DNA of 64,000 bases. It comes from Eledone cirrhosa (Eukaryota). The stretch is from positions 372,001 through 436,000 of the forward strand of contig OZ024748.1 of NCBI GenBank assembly GCA_964016885.1, in the 5' to 3' direction. Made by a program: the position numbers and the translations under genes. The notes below the pieces were generated by a model. The model did not search any database. It was given only the letters and a program-made list of their open reading frames with translations, and had not been told where the DNA came from. Each line of letters starts with the position of its first letter. The first letter of the stretch is position 1. Shown piece by piece: positions 30,130-43,200 of the stretch.

Positions 30130-30345
30130 ACCTTACTGAAGTAACAGGTGATATTAAGGTACTGAAATAACCAAGGATTGTCACGAACATCACCTGATAC
30201 TTTAATAAGGCGAGCTGCCAACAATGACAAGAACTTCGTTGTCGGCGACCCAGGGACCAGTTCTCCATAAACGTCTCGAAAGCTACAGGCTGGAAGAAAA
30301 AATAGTTGCTACCAGGAACTATCGGTCAACTATTCCAGTTTGTGT
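30130..30345 (-). mobile_element. CRE-type (RLE endonuclease) non-LTR retrotransposon C-terminal remnant
   Basis: Minus strand reads FFQPVAFETF..G..P...KFLSLLAARLIKVSGDVRDNPWLFQYLNI, matching the PVAxETxG...D.R...LFQ.LSI pattern. Confidence 0.6.
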
Positions 30346-30356
30346 CGTTCAAGACG

Positions 30357-30455
<99 letters not shown>

Positions 30456-30509
30456 TTCCAGCTGCTGTTTGAAACATAATTTAAAATTTACTTCCATAGA
30501 ATCATGATG

Positions 30510-30835
30510 AAATAATGAAATTATTGTGTACAGTGCTCAGGTGCACTACAACTCATCAAAGGTGCATGTATAGTACATAGAATAATTGTTTCTACGTTAG
30601 GCACAAGGCCAGCAATTACCCAGTGTATTACTGGTACTTTATTTTATCGACCCCGTAAGGATGAAAGGCAAAGTTAACCTCGGCGGGATTTGAACTCAGA
30701 ATAGAATAATGTTCAAATGTCAGGAAAACGAACAGTGTATGAGTCATAATATACATGTGTGCGTGTGTATGGATGGGGGATATCAGGTGTAGTGTTGGCG
30801 AATCTCAGGAAGCATGGAGGTTTTAAAGGATGCAT
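30510..30835 (-). mobile_element. CR1-clade LINE 3' end interrupted by a SINE; further 3' ends at ~41862-41970 and ~47136-47238
   Basis: Same 3' UTR as the 50200-50570 copy. Confidence 0.7.
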
Positions 30836-31149
30836 CGACGCTTGTGTCAGACGGTTTAAGCATCCAAGTGGTTAAGCGAGAAAGAAAGGAAGAAACAAAG
30901 AAAGAAACCATGGAAGGAAGATTAAGAGAAGATGAGTTATTTACCTTTAACAATTAATACACATAAGACGAAAGAGTAGAATAGCAACAACGATAACAAC
31001 AATAGAGTGAACGAGAAAATAAACAACAAAAATAAACAAATACATAAAGAAAGAGACAAGATGAAGTAGAAGGTTGAGTCGAGCCAAGTGTAGTTTTTTG
31101 ACAGCAGAACACTTTGGTCTGGTTGGCTGACGAACGGGCTCCAACTTAT

Positions 31150-31155
31150 CACGTG
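31150..31155 (+). promoter_or_regulatory. Canonical E-box (CACGTG) about 50 nt upstream of the SHMT2 ATG
   Basis: Exact CACGTG; function inferred from position only. Confidence 0.3.
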
Positions 31156-31206
31156 GCTAACTTAACCATTTATCTTTTAGTGTGTCTTTTGTTTATACTC
31201 TACAAA

Positions 31207-31254
31207 ATGTTGCTGAAATTAACCCACTTCAGACTCGGCCGAGGTTTATTCAAA
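31207..31254 (+). CDS. SHMT2: SHMT2 exon 1 (mitochondrial targeting peptide start)
   Basis: AAAATG context; [16 protein letters not shown] is basic with no acidic residues; AAA|GTAAGC donor in phase 0, matching exon 2. Confidence 0.75.
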
Positions 31255-34200
31255 GTAAGCAATTTTTTTTAAAAATTCATATTTATAGAATTTTCTGTAT
31301 TTATATATATATTATCTATAATTGTTTCTACTTTAGGCACAAGGCCAGCAATTATCCAGTGCATTACTGGTACTTTATTTTATCGACCCCGTAAGGATCG
31401 ATAAAATAAAGTACCAGTAAGGCACTAGGTAATTGCTGGCCTTGTGCCTAAAGTAGAAACAATTATAGATAAAATATATATAAATATATATTTTATCTAT
31501 AATACTCGATCGTAGTATATTTAAGTTTCGGCTACAAAAACCCCCAACGGGATTGCAATGCAAACATGTTGTGTTGTTGTTATTTAGCAACCATTTACCA
31601 CAATATTAACTACAGAACCACTTTAAGAGGCGCTCCACCTATGACCTTTCAACCTTTTTTTCTTTGGTGGTGGGGGAAACTAGTCCATCTTTTTTTAAAC
31701 ACAATAGGATATGTTTCGAGGAAGTTTTAGCTTACTATTTCCAACATTGTGAGCAACCACGTTAGATTGTGAATGTTCAGGTTGTTATCAATGTTTAATA
31801 TGAATTTTAACGAATAATTATTCGGTAAACTCGAGAGATTAAAGTAAAGCGGCGTGTTTAAAATTACTGCAGTAATCGAGATGGGGAATGTAAAAATCTG
31901 ACTTTATTTTCATGAATCACCGAAACGAATAAAGGACTGCTTCAATTTTATTTATTATAATTGTTTCTACTTTTGGCACAAGGCCAGCAATTACTCAGTA
32001 CATTACTGGTACTTTATTTTATCGACCCCGTAAGGATGAAAGGCAAAGTTAACCTCGGCGGGATTTGAACTCAGAATGGAAAGGGCCGTAACTCTATGCG
32101 TCAAAGCATGACGTCCGACCCTCTACCGATACTGCCAATCCACCTTATAATTGTTTCTACTATTGGCACAAGGCCAGCAAATACTAGTACATTACTGGTA
32201 CTTTATTTTATCGACCCCGTAAGGATGAAAGGCAAAGTTAACCTCAGTGGGATCCACCTTATAATGCTACATAATTTGTGTTAGTAGCAGCTTTTAAATA
32301 TATATTTGTATTTCTTTTCTCCTATAAAACTCGCTATTGTGTAAATTTTAAGAATAACGAGGGGATAACAAGATTAACAAAATTTTGATGAAGTTTTTGT
32401 GTGCAGTTGGACTCTTCGATGTTTAAGACAGAAATCCTAAGACTGTTTTCGAAAGAAAAAAAACAAAACAACAAATATAAAATAAAGTTAAAGGGTGTGC
32501 ATGATCTACTTATTTTGAAGCCTTCATAATTTCGTTTCGGTAATTCAGGAAAGCCAATCCAATTTTTCTATTCCCCATTATTGCGGTTCTTAATTTCAAT
32601 TACATCGCTTTTTCTTGATGTTAATTTATATAATTTGAGAAAAACACCAACAACAAACAAACTATGTTTAATTATTTATGAATACAAAAAGCAAACTTGC
32701 AATTTTGTTTTTTAAACGGAATTTGTTATTTCTATTTTCTGTCTCGTGTATATAAACTGTTGATGTCCTTGTAAGATGTACGGGACACATTTTCGGGTAT
32801 ATTCGGGGTATATGTTTGTAAACGAAGTTATTCTGCTGATCTAGTTATAAAAGGTTATGAACGTTTCTGTTTCTGGAAATAGTAAATAATGAAGAAGAAA
32901 AAAATCGAAACGTCTTTTTTGTTGTTTATCAAACATTCCCTGCCACAAACCAACTTTGAAAGATACGACTGTTACTTCTAGCAGGTTCAACGACCGCGTA
33001 CAAACCCTCCTCGTTGAGTTATAGTAGTTGCAGACATGGTTGTTCCCACCGTTCTTTCTTATTTCAAGCACAGTGCCCTTCTTATTTTAAGCCGATAGGA
33101 GTAAATTTAACTGCTCTTTCTAGCAAGCGACCCTCGTGGATCCTTCTTTACATGTTGCATAACAAGGACGTTGATAAAGTATTTGTTTCTTCAGTAACCA
33201 GCTTACAACATTTTATATAGAAATGACTTCTACAGGACTAGATCTGTTTCATTCGTTTGAAATCATCAAGAATAACATTCCTGATAATTATTTATCCATG
33301 GTTCCTTCCCGTTTCCCTTCGAAAAACGATATATTTAATTGTATAAATTTACAGTAGAGTAACGTTGCAAATATGTTTTAAATATATACATAAATAACAA
33401 CAAATTCGTAAACATTATAAATTGTTCGCAATTCGTTCAGAAGGATATTACAAATATAATGTCTAAACCGTGTATAATAACACAATAATATAAATCATTG
33501 AACAATAATGATAAAGGAAAGAAAATAGAGGGGGGGGGGGGGGGGGGCAATTCACCACTAAGTGTGATAATCGATACAGGACGTCCCCCAAAAATGTATA
33601 CAAACTTCAACAGCATTCTAATAAATATCTACATTTTGGAGGGACACCATGTGTGTGATATAATGGTACACGTGTTCTATCACTTAACACTTATTAGAAA
33701 CGAAACCTGAACACCCCACCATTGTTTAAGGGTGTAGATGCGGGATACTTAGTGAAAGGAATACTCTATACATAACATAGTCAGGCCAGACCAAATGACG
33801 GGTCGTTTGACGTGGTCTTACGATTTAGAAGGGGGCCCATTCGCCTCGAATTCCAGTTTTTTTCCTTTTATTATGTTGCATTACTTGTATATACAAGTAG
33901 AGGAGTCATTAGAACATCGAATAGAATGCTTTGCAGTCTGAGTTCAAAAGTTGACGAGGTCAACTTCGTCTTTCATTCTTTCGAAGTCGATAAAAATAAA
34001 ATACCAGTGTAGTAATGGTGTCGATTCTTCCTCAATAACACTTTCTGGTCTCTCTTTCTCTCTCTCACTCACTATCCTCTCTCTGAGAGAAATCGACTGT
34101 GTTCAGACCTGTAGAGAGATGGTCTCCCCCAGGTCAAAAATGCCCAAGATACGTCACTATAGTGCCCCTACGACTACAGCAGGTGTCACGGCTCCATACA

Positions 34201-37200
34201 CACATATATACATGTAGTGTACATATATATATAGCTGTAACCCAGTGTCGGATTTACCATTGTGCTTAGGTGTGCCTAAGCACAGGGCTCCGTTGGCAAG
34301 GGAGCCCATCTTCCTGCCAACAAAATGTTTTACCTCCTTCATGGCCCAAGTAAGAGACCTCATAACTTAACTAACACAGGGCCTCATTTGTCCTAAATCC
34401 GGCACTGCTGTAAACATTATATAAACCATGTATTTAGTACTAATTATCATTTCACAATTGGCCCACACCTAATACCGGCTTTATGGAGGTGGTAGTGATG
34501 TGTGTGGGTGTTGGAGGACAGCCACAGCTTACATTTCGTGTTACCCCATTACCAGCTTTTGCAAAAATTTGCATATTATGCACATTTTCTGTAATGTATC
34601 ATTTGTAAAGGCGGGGTGGTGATGGTGGTGGTTAGTGTGGCATGTAGTGTTGCATGCTTCAGCATAAAATTTCAACGAAAATGTTGATTTCTACTAGCTC
34701 GAACAATCACGTAATTTCCTTTGTTATTGTAGTTTAGTTGCAGGCCAGTTGTATGATCAAAGGTATTCCAGTTGTGACCATCTCGTCCCACTTTCCTCTA
34801 TGTGCAGTGAAACCCATGCGCACATTATCTAACGTATTTTTTCTTCTAAGATGTACCATTTGAAAAAGATTTGGCTACTATTTCTTGCCAGTCTAGTTAC
34901 CACATGGAGACCCCCTTGTTGCGTGTGTGTGTGTGATTTTGTTAACATTCTTACATAAGTTTAACCTGTATTGCATTTGTGGTAATTGAAAACCTTCACA
35001 ACAGAAAAACCTTATCTAATCTATATTTAGTGATATTTTAAAATGTGATATTTTTCTTCAAAAAGTTCATTGATTAATAAGCATGAAGGACAGAATTGTA
35101 CAATAAACACCTTATTTATTTATTTATTTATTAATATTATCAACTTAATATTATCAACAGGATGGAAAAAGTTCAGAGAGCTTATACCACTGTTAGCCAC
35201 AAAAGGTTTCTCTCTAAAAATGAAAGGCAGATTGTATAATGCTTGTATACGAACAGCAATGCTACATGGCAGTGAGACATGGGCATTACGTGCAGAGGAC
35301 CTGCGTAATAGTAATATACGTGAAAGGCAAAGCATAAATGAACTAAGTGAGAAATTAGGAATAAGAGAGATCAGATGCTGTTTACTCGAGAGAAGACTAC
35401 GTTGGTATGGCCATGTGATGCGCATGAAAGACGACAGCCGTATAAAAAAATGCAGGGCGATCAAAATTGATGGTAGCCACGGAGTAGGTAGACCCAGAAA
35501 AACTTGAGACGATCTGATAAATTCCGACCTTACACACTTGCACCTCTCTAAGACAATGTCACTGGACCGAGATCTCTGGCGCTATGCAGTAATACAGAAG
35601 ACCCGCCTTGCCTATGTACAAAGCGAAACCTACAGTCAGTAGGCACCTCTTAACCAAATATACACCCCAATCCACTACCCCTACCCTATCCTCCCACTCC
35701 CACCAACACCACCCTCTCTATAAAGTTGGTACCACAACATCCAGTCCAAATAAATGAGATAATGAGATCGAGATCGTGTAGGTGTCATGAGAAAAAAACA
35801 CACAGTCCACGCTGTAATGTGGTCGTGTAGGTAACACGGTAAAAAGTTCCCAGTTCCACACTGTAAATGTGGTTGGTGTTAGGAAGGGCATCCAGCCGTA
35901 GAAAACCTGTCAGATAGTCCTATATGAGCGAGACATTATCACCCAACCCACCTTGCCTCAAGTGGGACAACTCCCATCTAACCCATGTTAGCGTGGGAAA
36001 TGGACGTTAAACGAAAATGATGATGATGATGATCAACCCCCTCAAAAAAATTGCTGGTCTTGTGCTTAAATTAGAAATCATTATTATCATTATAGAAAAT
36101 TTCTTGGGACCTCTATGCTTAAACATTAGAAATTACGATTCTACAAAAATAAATAAATATTTAATAAATAAATAAAAATAAAATTTTTTTCTAGTCCCTT
36201 CTCCATTTCAAAATATTCATTCAACCGGAACGACTTCATTTTTTAAAAGTTATTTTAAAGTTATGTATTAGATTTTCTTTAAAAGAAAAAGTTCTCTGTA
36301 GTTGTGGCGTTATAACAACTGGCAGAATCGGTAGAGCATAGAGTTACATCACTTTACGTTCTGAGTTAAAATCCCACCGAGGTAAACTTTGCCTTTCGGG
36401 GTCAATAAAATAAAGTACCAGTAATGCACTGGGGTCGATTTAGTCGACTTTCCTCTTCCTTTCAAATTGCTGGCCTTGTGCCAAAAGTAGAAACCACTAT
36501 AACAACTTCTGAATTCAAATCCCGGCAAGGTTAACTTTGCCTTTCATCCTTACGGGGTGGATAAAATAAAGTACCAGTAGTACACTGGGGGGGGGGGGGG
36601 GGGGGGGGGGGGGTTATTGCTGGCCTTGTGCCAAAAGTAGAAGCCAATATAACAACTGGATATCAGTTAATTCAGAATATATTGTGGGACCACTTGGTGT
36701 CTTTATCGGTTGGGTTGTCACTTCAAGTCTCACTAGATATTTCTCTCACTAGAGGCAACAAAACATGTGTATGTTATTAACCCCTACCCTTCACTCCTAC
36801 ACCACTTCACCCTTACACTCCCTTCACCCTCACTTCATCTCTCTCCATCTCCTACGGCACATTTCCTCCCCTTCCCCTTCGTTTCTACACATCCCTACAC
36901 CACCTCTCCTTTCCATCCCTCCCCCACCCCTACCTCTTCACCCCACCCCACCCCACCTCTATCTTAACAGGTTAACCTAAATTATTTCAACCTCCAGCCT
37001 CACCTGGCTTTTGATGAGCTAGTGAGGGAGTCTCCTCTATGTGGTCGCTCACCTTCTTAGAAATAGCAGCCAAACCATCCTCAACCTTTGTGTATTTATT
37101 GATCAGTTCACAGTGTATTGATCAGTTCACAATGCATTGATCAGATCACAATCTATTGATTGGTCAGTTTACTATGTATTGATTGATCAGTCTGCAATAT

Positions 37201-40200
37201 ATTGATTAGTCAGTTCATAATATATTGATCAGTATAGCTAGGAATGGTTTCAACAATGAGCCAATGAGTGTTCCAATGCAATCAGTAGAGGACAGCCTGC
37301 TTATGAAATTTAGATGTAAGTGGCTGAGCATTCCACAGAATGTATTCTCAGGGTGATTCAGCATAACACAGAGGTGGGGGTGACAAGGCTGACCTGTTTG
37401 GATTACAGGTACTACAGTCTATCCAACGGGCTTCCAAACAGTTTCTGTCTACCAAATTTCACTCACAAGACATGGGTTGACCTGAGGCTACGGGAGATGA
37501 CATTTGCCCAAGATGCCAAATATTCTTCTCATTGGGATTGAACCCAATACCTAATGATTGTGAAGTAAACTCTTTAACCCTTTAGTATTTAAACTGGTTG
37601 TATCCAGCCAGAATTCTCTCACCTCTTTCTCTTCAAACTGGTTGTAACCGGCTGCTCATACAGATGTTAAGGTATTGTTCTCAAAATAAATAACATCAAC
37701 ATCTTGTAGATTCAGTATTATGTGAGATAAAGGCTTTACCATGAAAATACAATAGTAAATTTTAAATGTAACAAGTAGAGAGATGCTGTACTGTGAAGAA
37801 GCCGTCCAACCCATGCCAACATGGATCAACAGACTTAAAACGATGATGATGAATGAGATGGGGGGAGGGGGGGGGTCATAATGCTGCTTTATATCCTTCA
37901 AGAATGTCATGCTGATGTGGTTTCATGGGGAACAGGATGTTGAGAGTTAATGGACTGTTCTTTTATTGCAGCAACTTCTCCCTCTCTCTGCTGCTGCTGC
38001 CACCACTGCTGCCACCAGTGCTGGTCAACATCGGACAGTATGGACTGGTCAAGAAGAACTGAAGGATGTCGACTCTGAGATGTTTGACCTCTTACAGAAA
38101 GAGAAACATCGTCAGATTTATGGATTGGAATTAATTGCCTCAGAGGTTTGTTTAGTTATATTTTATTTATTTGTTATTTGTCATATTTTTAACCGTTGTC
38201 GTCCAATTCACATTGTGGTAGTCTTAACACCAAATACACAGAGTATTGGGTGCTTTTTGTTATTTTACTGTGTGGCTGGAGGCTTCATTAGATGGGCAAT
38301 GTATGTTCATGATTACATATATATAAATAATAATAATAATAATAATAAAATAGATGAGGAGTTAAATTTTCATTACATTTATTGAGCTGTGATGCGCGTT
38401 TCGCAATTGATCAGCTGAAGTTTTGATCGGTATTGATTGGGCCTGACTCAGGAATCTCAAAAGCTTGTTGGACTTCGGTTATGGTAAAATATATATATAT
38501 AAATATATATAGGAAAAAGTATGACCCCGACGGCAGAGCTCAAGCCGTTTCAACGGCTATTTCTGTCCAGAAATAGCCGTCGAAACGGTTGAGCTCTGCT
38601 GTCGGGGTCATACTTTTTCCTATTTCTCACTCTACTACCCTAAGTATTGAGTACTCTGGTGCGTTATGGTCCACTGGTTCCTTACCACAATTCCTTTGTT
38701 ATATATATATATATATATGATCATGAACAACCCAATGAGAATTCTACTCAAACTAGGTGCTTAAGTCTTTAATGATGTCTTCATATTTACCATTATTCCT
38801 GTAGAACTTTGCCAGCCGAGCTGTAGTTGATGTTACGGGGTCATGTCTTACTAATAAATATGCTGAAGGTTACCCTGGAGCACGGTAAGTACCTTGTTGT
38901 TGTAGTTGTGGTTGTTGTAGTAGTTGTAGTTGTGATTGTTGTTGTGGTTGTAGTTGTTGTGGTTGTTGTAGTTCTGGTGGTGGTGGTTGTTGTAGTTGTG
39001 GTGGTGGTGGTAGTTGTTGTAGTTGTTATGGTGGTGGTTGTTGTTGTTGTAGGGGAGGGGAAAGTCAATTAAATCAACCCCAGTGAGTTACTGGTACTTT
39101 ATTTTATTGACTCCATAAGGATGAAAGGCAAAGCTAACCTTGGTGGGATTCAAACTAGAATGTAAAGGGTCACAACCCTATGCTGCAAAACATGTCCGAC
39201 GCCCTACCGATTCTGCTAATCCACTGCCCTATATATATAATAAAAGTAATAATAATAATGATAATAAAATGTTGTAGTTTGCTTGAAGCATTGTATATAA
39301 TATGGAAAGTGATATATGTAATAAGGCTAAACAATGCAAAATGGAAGGTAAGATGAAGGTAACGAAAAAGTTAGTTACCTGGTAATCTTTGTTAAATCTA
39401 ATTTCAAAGAGAAGAGACCGGAACATTTTTTTTTCTTTGAAAGTTCCTCTTTATACTCTGAAGAGAATTTTAAGTCCCAAAATATTGGGACGAAAGAAAC
39501 AACCCAAAACACAACAAATATCACCAGGTAACTAACTTTTTCATTGCCTTCATCTTAACGGCCATTTTGAATTGTTTAGCCTTATAACATATATCACTTT
39601 CCACATTAATAGTGATAATATTTTCTCAACTGTTATTTATGTATTTATTCGTTTAAGATAAGAATTATCTGTTTACTCTATTTTAACATTTCTTAACTTC
39701 TCCAGTCTGTTGCTGTCAGTTGCTGTTCACCTTCTTTTTTCTTTCTTCTCCTGTGAACTTTATCATATACACACTCTAACATATATACACCAATGTATAC
39801 ATACATACACCTCTACTATATACATTATATACATACATATATACACACTACCACAATATACATATATACACCTCTACTATATACACACTCTAACATATAC
39901 ACCTCATATACATATTATATATACACTACCATCATATACATATATACACCTCCACTATATACACATTCTAACATATATGCTGCCACCATATACATACATA
40001 TATACACATCAACATATACATACACCTCCACTATATATACACATCTATATACACACTATCACCATACACATAAGTATATATGCTGCCATTATATGCATGC
40101 ATACACACACCACCATCATATACATACAAACACCCACACCACCACCATACACATACACCACCACTATATAGATAGTCATACACACACCACCATCATATAC

Positions 40201-43200
40201 ATACAAACACCCACACCACCACCATACACATACACCACCACTATAAAGATACAGTCATACACACACCACCATCATATACATACAAACACACGCACCACCA
40301 CCATACACATACACCACCACTATATAGATACATGCATGCGCACACCACCACCATACACATACACACCGTCATCATATACACACCTATAGACACATCACCA
40401 TTACCACACACACGCACCATATTCATCTATCACACCTCTTATTATCAGAAAGTAGATAGCCCGCCGCCTGTCCTCCTCCCTTCAGTTTCTCACTGACACT
40501 ATTTGATAACTGATAGCACTTCTCTCTTTCTTCTCTCTTTCTATCTTCTATATTTTGTTTGTTTTCTTCTGTCTATCTTCAATCTTTTTTATTCTTCCTT
40601 CTATCTTCTTCAGCCTGTCTTTCATTTTTTTCCAATATCTTTTGTCGACCTTCGACCTGTCTTCGGTCTGCTTTTGTCTGTCTTCCATTTCCTTCCAGTT
40701 TCTTCTGTCGGCTTTTGACCTGTCTTTGGAGTGTCTTTTTTGTCTGTTTTCTTCAGTTTTGTCTTCAAGATCATAAAGTTATTGATTTGATTCCTGGACT
40801 GAGTGGCATGTTGTGTTCTTGAGCAAGATGTTTCACTTCCCATTGGTTTTTATAACAGGACCGAGGCTTCTATCATTAACCCTTTAGCATTTACATTACT
40901 CTATATTTACTATTGTATTTTCATGATAAAGGCTTTACCTCACATAATATCGAAGCTATGAGATTTTGATATTATTTATTTTGAGAACAATACCTTAACA
41001 TCAGTATGAGTGGCCACTTACAGCTGGTTCAAACAGAAAGAGGTGGGAGGATTCTGGCTGGATATGGCCAGTTTAAATGCTAATGGGTTAAAAAATCTAA
41101 GAAACCTCATATGAGGCCAGCTAAACCTGTCTAGGGGTGAGCTGTCAATTTAATTCCCATTGCCCTTACTTATCTACCCTAGCTGCTGCCAATGTTGTTT
41201 ATTAAAACTATTAATGCTAACTATTACTACTATACTAATATCTACTGTAAATAATAATACCATCACTATAACTTGCTGCGTATAGACTATTACAATCACC
41301 AATAACTAACTGTATATCTGAGTGTCTGTCTCTGTCTCTCTGTGTGTATGTGTCTGTATTTGTGTGTCTATGTATGGATGGATGGATGTATGTATGTATG
41401 TGCCTGTCTATCTGTATGTGTGTATCTATGTATGTGTGTGTCTATGTATGTCTGGTGTATCTATGTGTATGTATGTCTATGTGTGTGTATGTCTCTATAT
41501 TAAGGTAATATCTTAGTAATGAAATAATAAATAATATTTGTAAATCCTTCAAAATTCTTCATTAATTTCATATCATTAGAAATAAAATCCTGAAAGGGTT
41601 AATTAACCTTAATTGATGGGGAGTTTTTTTATTACTTCAACAGATATTATGGAGGAAATGTTTATATTGACCAAATTGAGCGCCTGTGTCAGAAGAGAGC
41701 CTTAGAATGTTTCCATGCTGACCCAGAACTTTGGGGTGTAAATGTACAGCCATATTCAGGGAGTCCAGCCAACATGGCTGTGTATACTGCTGTTTTAAAG
41801 CCCCACGATCGGATTATGGGTCAAGACTTGCCAGACGGAGGACAGTAAGTATTTTTAATATTAATAATAAAAATTATTGTGTACAGTGCCCGGGTGCACT
41901 ACAACTCATCAAAGGTGCATGCATAGTTCATAGAATAATGTACAAATGTCGGGAAAGTGAACAGTGTATGTATCTTCTTTCTAATCCTTTTTTTCTTTCA
42001 AATTTGATTATTTTTCATCTATTTTTTTTGGTGGCATAAAACACACCCAGTACACTCTATAAGGTGGTTGGGGACAGGAAGGGCATCCAACCATTAAAAG
42101 AAATGGCCAAATAAAGGGTTGAGAGGATTTTTTTAGTTGTTTTAAAGACATGACTACTTCCCTATTGCTGGTGCTACGATAAAGTGCACCCAGTGCACCT
42201 TGTAAAATGCAGGAACATATGAAAGTGAGGTGTGGACCCTGGCCTCTCTGAGAGGTTAGTAGCTTCCATTAAGTACTGATATGGTCTATGACAACCCATC
42301 CCACCCTTGCTAGCAGGAAAACAAACGTTAAATGATGATATATTTCTTCATAACAAAACTGACCTTGTTTCTATTTCAGTTTAACCCATGGCTTTATGAC
42401 GGACACTAAAAGAATCTCTGCCACATCCATTTACTTTGAATCAATGCCTTACAAGATTAATGTAAGTAAAATAGAATGTCGTTTATAATTTATCTCCCTT
42501 ATTTACACTGTCATTGATGAGTTATCTCCCTTAGGCTTTTCATCGCTGCTTTTTGACATCTTTTCATCAACAGGCGATTTTTAAATGACAATATCTTGCG
42601 TTAAATATTGAAATATTTATCCTAAAAATTAATTTTACATCTTTAACTTTTTTTTTTACAATTCATTTACGTTTTGTGGTTTTTTTTTTTTTAAAGAGAA
42701 AAACGAAAAAGAACTTTTACATATCTCTTATCTGAAAACGTGTGTTGAAACAGATATTGTTATACTTTGGGAGGGTCATAAAAATACATACACCTGTTGG
42801 TTTTCACTTTAATTTATTCTTATAAATTTCCAGTTGGTTCGATAACTGGATGGTTGTTTATATATTGTCAAAGCTCTTTCGTCACTAATTCTGTGACCTC
42901 CTCAGTGACTAGGTTTTTATCTTGTCTCTTGGCGAAAGAGCTTTGACAACCATCCTGTTATTGAACCAATCAACCAACCAGCCAACCGGAAATTTATAAT
43001 AATAAATTGAAGTGAAAACCAACAGGTGCATGTGTTTTTATTGGCAACATGACCTCCCAAAGTATAACACACACACACATATATATATATGTGTGTGTGT
43101 GCAAAGAAATAACTATGATTCCTAGCAGACAACTAAACTAAAAAACTAAAACGTCTTGATACTTACTGACGATGGATATTACCCTCTTTCGCCCAAAACT

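Noticed and set aside
32841-33220. Short ORFs in SHMT2 intron 1
   Set aside because: They overlap a dispersed repeat fragment (cctgctagaa motif) and have no protein signature.
38385-38420. Minus-strand CTGATCA..GAAACGCG hammerhead-like motif
   Set aside because: Core and cleavage-site mismatches and no proper stem II.
39458-39500. CTGAAGA...gtcccaa-aata-ttgggac-GAAA hammerhead-like motif
   Set aside because: No stem III, cleavage triplet or stem I partner; at best a broken remnant.
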